A stretch of DNA of 61,948 bases, from the IMG/VR virus record IMGVR_UViG_3300029778_000002; one strand, written 5' to 3'. The position numbers were made by a program, and so were the translations under genes. Positions 41,920 to 48,049 of this stretch are shown in pieces; position 1 is the stretch's first letter; every line of letters begins with the position of its first letter. The stretch is from a virus. Below the pieces are notes generated by a model, which saw nothing but the letters and a program-made list of their open reading frames with translations, ran no database searches and was not told where the DNA came from.

Positions 41920-43663
41920 ACTCAAACGCATCCCGGTTCTGTTTCCACGCCACATAAGCGTCCATCATAGCAGCCACGGCATCGATCTTCTGATCCTGCC
42001 GCTGTTTGTAGAGTTTCCGGTTGCCGTTGGTATCCACCAGCGTAATGCAGTTGCCCATGGCAAATTGCATCAGCTGTTCGTCAAACAGCAGTTTCCGCTG
42101 TTCGCTCAGCTTTTTCAGCTCACCCAGCGGCACGCTTTCGGTCTTTGCACCCTGGATCACTTTCACAACGCCAAAGGTGCTGTTTTCATCGCCCCAGCGC
42201 TTCACGAACTCCTGTGCGTTGTAGGGGTCGTAGCCAAACGCCCGTACGTCGTACTCGTTCTCCATGATAAAGTTGTCCAGGTCATCGTACACCTGCATCA
42301 TGTCCAGAACCGTGCCGTCAAACACGAACAGGGTCCCTTCCCGCATGAACTCCTCATACTGCTGCCGTCTCGAAGCCGGAAGCTGGCTGAGGGTGTAGGA
42401 TGTGATGTAGTCCCGCGTCTTGACCCCAAAATATCCGTTGGACAGCGGAAACAGGAAGGTAAAGGCGCAGAAGTCGTCGCCCATGGAAAGGTCCGCGCCC
42501 ATAGCACAGGGCATCTGCCAGAAGCTTCTCTTCCTGTGGCACAGGGTCTCCTCGTAGGGGAAGAAATAGGTGTAGCCCTCCATGGGCAGGTTGAAGCGCT
42601 TGGCCAGAATATCGTTTCGGGCGCTGGGGGATTTCTCCGCACGCTCCACGTCCAACTGGTAGGTCTCGTAGCTCACGGTCTTGCCCAGGTTCGGGTTGGC
42701 CTTCAGCCACATCTCCGGCTGGCCCACTTCCTCGATGGAATCCAGCTTGTAGTACCAGATGGACACATGTGGGTTGACGTACTCCCCTTTCAGGATGCTC
42801 ATCAACTCCATTTTGATGTCGTCGCCGCAGCCGTTGCGCACCGTGCCCTCGGAGGAAGCCGCCACGATGAGGTAATTCTCGTTCTTGGCCGCGCCCTGCT
42901 CAATGGCACCAATGGGGTCTTCCCGGATGTCGCAGGAGAGCCACTCGTCCACGGTCGCCACAGTGTCGCGCCGTCCTTGCAGCTTCTCAATGGTCATCGG
43001 GCGCACTTCCAGAAGGCTGTTGGTCAAAAAGTTCTCGATGCCCTTCTTGGTGGAAGCCATCTTCACCCGGTCTGCCTTAGAGCCGGTGGTGTTTTGCAGG
43101 CTGCCCTCGGTCATAAACTGGAACACCGGTCCCTTTGCCCGCGCCAATGCGGTGCGGAAGGGTGCCAGCACCTCCTCGGCCTGTTTCATGGTCGGGGCGG
43201 TGGTCAGCTGCTGGGTCGTGGTGGTGTACGCCGTCAGAAAGTACGCCTGCAAAAACTCCAGATACATGGTCTTCGCGGCCGATCGGGTAATGATGAGGTA
43301 CTGCTTTGTCACCAGCCGCTTTTTCAGCCGCCGGGTCTCGTAGTGTCCGCCGCCTCCGCGCTCGTTCGGCACAAAGACGCTTCGTTCTACAAAGTAGTAC
43401 CATCCAAAGATCTCTTCAGCCCATAACTTGAAACTGTCCAGCAGCTTCACGTCGGTGCCGTCGGTCAGGGTCAGCTCATCCTCGCAAAAGGAGATAAAGC
43501 CGTTCACTGCTTTGTCGTCATAGTAGATGCCCGGGTTGGCGATCAGGTCGTCGATCCGCTCCATCTCCATGGCAATTTCCCGGCATACGGGTATTTCGCC
43601 ACGCATCACGGCCTCCCGAAAACGGCCGTAGTAGATCGGCGTGGCCGTGTTCGAGAGTGCCAT
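41918..43663 (-). CDS. terL: Terminase large subunit (581 aa)
   Basis: Start moved to ATG 43663 (AGGAGA SD). ATPase then nuclease layout, with a typical Terminase_1-like N-terminus (PIYYGRFREAVMRGEIPVC). Confidence 0.85.
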   Translation of the reverse strand: MALSNTATPIYYGRFREAVMRGEIPVCREIAMEMERIDDLIANPGIYYDDKAVNGFISFCEDELTLTDGTDVKLLDSFKLWAEEIFGWYYFVERSVFVPNERGGGGHYETRRLKKRLVTKQYLIITRSAAKTMYLEFLQAYFLTAYTTTTQQLTTAPTMKQAEEVLAPFRTALARAKGPVFQFMTEGSLQNTTGSKADRVKMASTKKGIENFLTNSLLEVRPMTIEKLQGRRDTVATVDEWLSCDIREDPIGAIEQGAAKNENYLIVAASSEGTVRNGCGDDIKMELMSILKGEYVNPHVSIWYYKLDSIEEVGQPEMWLKANPNLGKTVSYETYQLDVERAEKSPSARNDILAKRFNLPMEGYTYFFPYEETLCHRKRSFWQMPCAMGADLSMGDDFCAFTFLFPLSNGYFGVKTRDYITSYTLSQLPASRRQQYEEFMREGTLFVFDGTVLDMMQVYDDLDNFIMENEYDVRAFGYDPYNAQEFVKRWGDENSTFGVVKVIQGAKTESVPLGELKKLSEQRKLLFDEQLMQFAMGNCITLVDTNGNRKLYKQRQDQKIDAVAAMMDAYVAWKQNRDAFE

Positions 43664-43696
43664 TTTCAATTCTCCTATTATAATAAGGTTGGAACC

Positions 43697-43969
43697 TTAC
43701 GTTTTATCCTGAATCACTGTCCAGTATCTCGGCCAAGTGGTCATTTCCAAATATTCGAGCAGCCATTTAGGATCACTCAAATCTCGTTCGATTCCATCCT
43801 CACGATGCACCACCAAATGCCTGTCGGCATTGATATACCAGTAATCTTTGTAGTCATGCCTACCAGTTTCATCAACATAGTAGCAGTACATACAAATTTT
43901 CTTACCCGAAACCAATTGGCGATATGCTTCGGGCCATTCCATCAGGATGTTGCCTTCATGTTTCACCAT
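43697..43969 (-). CDS. Hypothetical protein (90 aa)
   Basis: Clean ORF with a weak SD. Confidence 0.45.
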   Translation of the reverse strand: MVKHEGNILMEWPEAYRQLVSGKKICMYCYYVDETGRHDYKDYWYINADRHLVVHREDGIERDLSDPKWLLEYLEMTTWPRYWTVIQDKT

Positions 43970-43973
43970 GTTG

Positions 43974-44324
43974 TCACACTTCTTTCTCAGAATTATCGTG
44001 CTCCACGTTCAGCCGCCATTCCATCTCGGAGGCGGTATTCTTCAGTGCTTCCATGGTGGTGCTGCTCTGGGGCGGGTCAAAGCCCAGCAGCCGTACCTTC
44101 ACGGCCACGTAAGCCTTCACCGCTTCCACCTTCACCGGGTCGGCAACGAACTCCGTCCATTCGTTTTCTTTCCCGGAAATGGCGTACCCTTCGCCGGGCC
44201 CCACGCCCATCTGCACCAGTGCAAACAGCGCCATGTTGATGTACATGATGATGTCCGCATCAAAGTCGGTGCACTCCTCGGCAATGCCCAGCAGCTTCTT
44301 TACGCTTGTAAGGATGCTGTCCAT
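43974..44324 (-). CDS. Head-tail connector (gp6-like) protein (116 aa)
   Basis: MDSILTSVKKLLGIAEECTDFDADIIMYINMALFAL is a typical gp6-like N-terminus. Confidence 0.5.
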   Translation of the reverse strand: MDSILTSVKKLLGIAEECTDFDADIIMYINMALFALVQMGVGPGEGYAISGKENEWTEFVADPVKVEAVKAYVAVKVRLLGFDPPQSSTTMEALKNTASEMEWRLNVEHDNSEKEV

Positions 44325-44336
44325 ACTGCGCCTCCG

Positions 44337-44615
44337 TCAATGTGCGGTGTTTCCGTCCGCAATGCACTGGTTCTCCCACTTCTTGTACACGTCGAGGTAG
44401 GTCTCCTTCTTGTCGCCGTTGTGGGTGATCTCATAGTACATGCCATCGGATACGGTGGTGCTTACAAGCGCCTTCCAGTTCTGCAAGGTCTTCGAGAACC
44501 ATACGATGAACACATCCTCCATCGTCAATTTCTTGCCGTCGGTCGCGTCTACATGACTGTTGAAGTAGTCCACCACCAGCTGCTTTGCGCGGGTCATAAA
44601 ATCTCTCTGTTCCAT
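44337..44615 (-). CDS. DUF6275-like phage protein (92 aa)
   Basis: VFIVWFSKTLQNWKALVSTTVSDGMYYEITHNGDKKETYLDVYKK block. Confidence 0.5.
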   Translation of the reverse strand: MEQRDFMTRAKQLVVDYFNSHVDATDGKKLTMEDVFIVWFSKTLQNWKALVSTTVSDGMYYEITHNGDKKETYLDVYKKWENQCIADGNTAH

Positions 44616-44617
44616 TT

Positions 44618-45208
44618 TTATTCCTCCTCGGCATCGCTGTAGCCACCCATAATGTAGCTCATCATGGCATAATACCAGTCCTTCTGAGCCCTCGCCAGAA
44701 GTTCCAGTTCGGCCAGATTGTGGGGCGCGCCGTCCTTCCCCATGGCCGCTTCTTTCTGTGCACTCTCCTCGACCAGCTTGGCCAGCCTCCCCGCATCTAT
44801 TGCCACTTGACCAGGCTTCAGCAAAACGAGGTCTCCCCCAGCACTCGGAGCAGCGTTTTGTGCGGTCACAGCCTGATTCTCATCCCTCCGCGGGACAATC
44901 TTCATCCCATCAAACGTGATATCCCCGGCCCGTGTTGCCCGCACCTGCTGCCCATCAACATTTGTCGCCAGAGCATTGTCAAAGTCAAAGCCTTTGTTCC
45001 GCGGTACAGCCGTATAGCCCTGCTGGATCCCGGCTTCCGCAATGCCCACGTTCGCCCAGAGCAGTGCTTCGTCCAGCTTGGTCAGTGCCAGGCTTCTCGC
45101 ACGGCTCGGTGCAAGGTGCTGGAGCATCGCCTCTGCCTCTTCCAGCTTCCGCCGCAGCCCCATGGCATAGTCCTGCTCTCGCCGGTTAAATGCTTTTTTC
45201 TGGTACAT
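44618..45208 (-). CDS. Hypothetical protein (196 aa)
   Basis: Start placed at ATG 45208, 8 nt after GGAGG. Alternative ATG/GTG codons lie up to 45223. Confidence 0.5.
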   Translation of the reverse strand: MYQKKAFNRREQDYAMGLRRKLEEAEAMLQHLAPSRARSLALTKLDEALLWANVGIAEAGIQQGYTAVPRNKGFDFDNALATNVDGQQVRATRAGDITFDGMKIVPRRDENQAVTAQNAAPSAGGDLVLLKPGQVAIDAGRLAKLVEESAQKEAAMGKDGAPHNLAELELLARAQKDWYYAMMSYIMGGYSDAEEE

Positions 45209-45242
45209 ACTCATTTCCTCCACTGGATATCAGACTTTTTTC

Positions 45243-45271
45243 TTTACATACAACATATGGATTGATATACT
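45243..45271 (+). promoter_or_regulatory. Sigma-A type promoter with extended -10 for the second plus-strand moron
   Basis: TTTACA (45243-45248), 17-nt spacer ending in TGA, TATACT (45266-45271). Confidence 0.6.
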
Positions 45272-45309
45272 TATCTCAAACGGTTTTTCTTATACTTCGG
45301 AGGCAATAT

Positions 45310-45654
45310 ATGCAGTCTTACACCTGTCCCAACTGCGGTGCTCCTGTAAAAATGGATGACCACGGTGCATTTCTCGAGTGTCCTTATTGTGGATCACAGT
45401 TCAAGCCCGATGATTCTTCATCTGATGAGCCAAGCAGTCGTCAAACGGATTCGGACGATGATAACGAAGAACTTCGCACCTATGCAGAAATAGTAAATCG
45501 CCATATTCCAGAATTTTCGGTCACCGAATTTATCGATAGAGCCAAGCATATTCTCGAAAGAACTCTTGATTTTCTCGGTGATCACGGAATGTACATCCAA
45601 GTCGGTGTCGTTTTGCTTTTTGTCGCCTTAGCCATTGTCAGTTTCTTCTTGTAA
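45310..45654 (+). CDS. Zinc-ribbon, C-terminally membrane-anchored protein (114 aa), moron
   Basis: GGAGG SD before ATG 45310. CPNCG...CPYCG motifs, an acidic linker and the TM helix VGVVLLFVALAIVSFFL. Confidence 0.6.
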   Translation: MQSYTCPNCGAPVKMDDHGAFLECPYCGSQFKPDDSSSDEPSSRQTDSDDDNEELRTYAEIVNRHIPEFSVTEFIDRAKHILERTLDFLGDHGMYIQVGVVLLFVALAIVSFFL

Positions 45655-45659
45655 CTTAT

Positions 45660-45800
45660 TCATGTTTTTATCCATGGGCAGGTGTCGCCCGGTCTTCTTT
45701 CTCCGTCCGGAAGCTTCGGGCCCTTCCCCGTTCCGTAATGGATCACCTTGTGCGTTGCCGCCGAAACACAAATGGCGTTCTCCGGGTCAAGCAGCTTTTC
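45660..45800 (-). pseudogene. Duplicated 3' end of the HNH gene (about 46 codons, no start)
   Basis: Reads EKLLDPENAICVSAATHKVIHYGTGKGPKLPDGERRPGDTCPWIKT*, which parallels the C-terminus encoded at 46387..46530. Confidence 0.7.
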
Positions 45801-45836
45801 ACACTTGTCAGGATGTTTTCCATCTTGATTTTTTCC

Positions 45837-46385
45837 TTATTTATACTGATACTTAACCCATGGATCATCAGGGAGTACCGACGATTCGTCCAACTTAAAT
45901 CCGGATTTCTCGGCGATTTTTATAGATCCAGCATTATCTTTTCTGGCCCACCAGACAATTTGGTCGTATTCGTCTTTATGTGCGTCCAGCCATTTCATGC
46001 CTTTTTCGGCTACTTTTGAGCAATAGCCCTTGTTCCGATACTTACTTCCAGCTCTTGTTCCAATGGAGACCGCCACTCCTTTTTCATCACCAATGATGTC
46101 AAAAAAAGAAATAGGCACATCCCCTGATTTTTCAACAAAACGTTTTACGTATGCATACCCATCCTCGGCTCTTTCCTGATAAACATCCCCATCAAGGTTG
46201 AGGAGTTCTCTGTCTTTTCGAGACATTGTTTTTACAATTTCGTTTACAGCATCCATGTTTTTGTTTACATCCATGGCACGCTTCCGCGCTTTCCCCTCAC
46301 TCGTCAATGTTCCATCCGGGTTCTGGAACCGGCGCACGCCCCACTTTTGGCCCTTGATGCCATGGTGATAAATATAATCGCTCAT
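45837..46385 (-). CDS. Leader-family protein D with C-terminal GNAT acetyltransferase-like domain (182 aa)
   Basis: Start moved to ATG 46385 (GGAGGAAATAAA-ATG). N-terminus IYHHGIKGQKWGVRRFQNPDGTLTSEGK. C-terminus RNKGYCSKVAEKGMKWL...NAGSIKIAEKSGFKL. Confidence 0.6.
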   Translation of the reverse strand: MSDYIYHHGIKGQKWGVRRFQNPDGTLTSEGKARKRAMDVNKNMDAVNEIVKTMSRKDRELLNLDGDVYQERAEDGYAYVKRFVEKSGDVPISFFDIIGDEKGVAVSIGTRAGSKYRNKGYCSKVAEKGMKWLDAHKDEYDQIVWWARKDNAGSIKIAEKSGFKLDESSVLPDDPWVKYQYK

Positions 46386-46386
46386 T

Positions 46387-46830
46387 TTATTTCCTCCATG
46401 GGCAGGTGTCGCCCGGCTTCCGTTCACCATCCGGCATATTTTTATTTTGACCGGTGCCATAATGGATCACCTTGTGCGTTGCCGCCGAAACACAAATGGC
46501 GTTCTCCGGATCAAGCAGTTTTTCGCTGTGCTGGAGAACGTCATTTTTTGTTATGGGGTTTATGTGGTGGATGGAGATCTTCGGTCGGATCGGCCTTCCG
46601 TCCCGCAGCACCCAGTCTGTGATCGGATGGTCTTTGCACCCCAGGTCGCATCCCATGTCCCGGGCGATGATTCTGTCCCTGAACTGCCGCCACTCTCTCG
46701 ATTGGTAGAAGTCCTGGTTCAGCCATCGGTCAAACCCAAAGGTGTCTCTCCCCACTTCCCCGTGCAGCTGTAAATACTCCAGCCTCTCCTCGTATGTCGG
46801 CAGGGTGCAAAGTTCCGTGTAGCTTTTCAT
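46387..46830 (-). CDS. HNH endonuclease (147 aa)
   Basis: Start placed at ATG 46830 (ATGA overlap). Contains ISIHHINPITKND...NAICVSAATHKVIH. Confidence 0.8.
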   Translation of the reverse strand: MKSYTELCTLPTYEERLEYLQLHGEVGRDTFGFDRWLNQDFYQSREWRQFRDRIIARDMGCDLGCKDHPITDWVLRDGRPIRPKISIHHINPITKNDVLQHSEKLLDPENAICVSAATHKVIHYGTGQNKNMPDGERKPGDTCPWRK

Positions 46831-47003
46831 CCAAACAGCCTCGTACATTCGCAAAGAAACAAAACCAGCCCTAGGATGCCGCAGCCCATCAGTGCGCTTG
46901 CACTCACCGGATTGTCCGGCCTATTTCCAAGCCATGCCGCTACCAGAAAAATCATTAAATAAAGAAGGATGTTGGGTATCAATATCAACTCATATTCCAT
47001 CAT
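46827..47003 (-). CDS. Small membrane protein (58 aa)
   Basis: GGAGAGG SD 9 nt before ATG 47003. Two hydrophobic helices. Confidence 0.45.
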   Translation of the reverse strand: MMEYELILIPNILLYLMIFLVAAWLGNRPDNPVSASALMGCGILGLVLFLCECTRLFG

Positions 47004-47337
47004 ACTCGTCATCCTCTCCTAGACCGTTGTATTTCTTCATAGCAGCAATGACCTTCTCGTACAGCTCCTCGGAGTGCTGTGCATTCTGTAGTGTCTCGGT
47101 CTTTGCCCGCAGAAGCTTGTTTTCCTCTTCCAGCTTTGTTTTCTCCAACTCGTTCTTGGAGGTCGCCAGCTTCAGAAAATGGGTCGTCTCAGCGCTGGAT
47201 GCCGTACCTTCCAGCAGTCGTTTCTCAACCAGCTTCATCGCCAGGTTGATCATATAGTTTTCTTGTGCTTCCGGGGTTCTTGCAGGCCGCGAAGTTGCAG
47301 CCGTCATTTCGCCCGGAGCAGACTTCTTAGGTTTCAT
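46990..47337 (-). CDS. Conserved packaging-module protein, possible small terminase (115 aa)
   Basis: First gene after the long leader. YMINLAMKLVEKRLLEGTASSAETTHFLKL followed by a coiled coil. The function is inferred from position only. Confidence 0.3.
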   Translation of the reverse strand: MKPKKSAPGEMTAATSRPARTPEAQENYMINLAMKLVEKRLLEGTASSAETTHFLKLATSKNELEKTKLEEENKLLRAKTETLQNAQHSEELYEKVIAAMKKYNGLGEDDEYDGI

Positions 47338-47371
47338 TGCAATAACCTCGTTTCACATTCTTATTTTGCTT

Positions 47372-47524
47372 TTGCAAGGGTTCATGGGAGTCGCAGTAGT
47401 ACCAGTTAAGCCTGTCTCATTTGAAAGGAGAAGAAAAAGCAGATCATGCCCAATGGAGGTTGAACATCGTGAAAGCCCTGAACCCAAACATATAGGAGGA
47501 TACTACTCCCATGAGCCCTTGCAA
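47372..47524. repeat. Long-range inverted repeat (about 27 bp stem, one 3-nt bulge, one mismatch) in the packaging-module leader
   Basis: TTGCAAGGGTTCATGGGAGTcgcAGTAGTA (47372-47401) pairs with TACTACTCCCATGAGCCCTTGCAA (47501-47524). Confidence 0.8.
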
Positions 47525-47751
47525 AAACCGCCGAAGCCCCGGTCTACACCCCAGAACCTCGGCGATTTCCCATATGACTGTAAATCTTAACACCTGCTGT
47601 GGATACAGGCATCGAGAGTTTACACAAATATAATCGGCAGCTTTCGCTGTCGGAGCCTTAAAGCCAAAATATCAATTTTCCCTCCGGGGAAATATCAAAG
47701 ACCGGCGCGATTTGAGAGGGGGTGTCGATTTTGAGACCCCCTCCCTATGGT

Positions 47752-48021
47752 TTACGCGGTTTGGCCGAGCGTGTCCTCGTCGGGCACAGTAATCTTGAGC
47801 TTCTTGTAAATGTTTATCGGGTCGGCAGCAACGATCTTGTCGATTGCCTTCTCAATTTCATAGGCGTTTTCATTGTCCGTGAACTGAGAGGAGGTCTCGG
47901 CGATCCTCATAAGCAAACCGGAAGAGTTGTAGCCATGTGCGATATCATACTGATACCACTTCTCGAACTCATCGTACGGACTGTACGGGTTATCAAAAGT
48001 GGTGAGAAAGCACCGAACCAT
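47752..48021 (-). CDS. Hypothetical protein (89 aa)
   Basis: Clean ORF, followed by the GAGGGGGT...ACCCCCTC hairpin at about 47715-47745. Confidence 0.5.
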   Translation of the reverse strand: MVRCFLTTFDNPYSPYDEFEKWYQYDIAHGYNSSGLLMRIAETSSQFTDNENAYEIEKAIDKIVAADPINIYKKLKITVPDEDTLGQTA

Positions 48022-48049
48022 TATTCAAAGCCTCTTTCTTAATAGATTG

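Noticed and set aside
47366-47590. 74-aa plus-strand ORF in the long leader
   Set aside because: It has no SD at a usable distance. Its sequence spans both arms of the 27-bp inverted repeat, so it is more likely structural RNA/DNA than coding.
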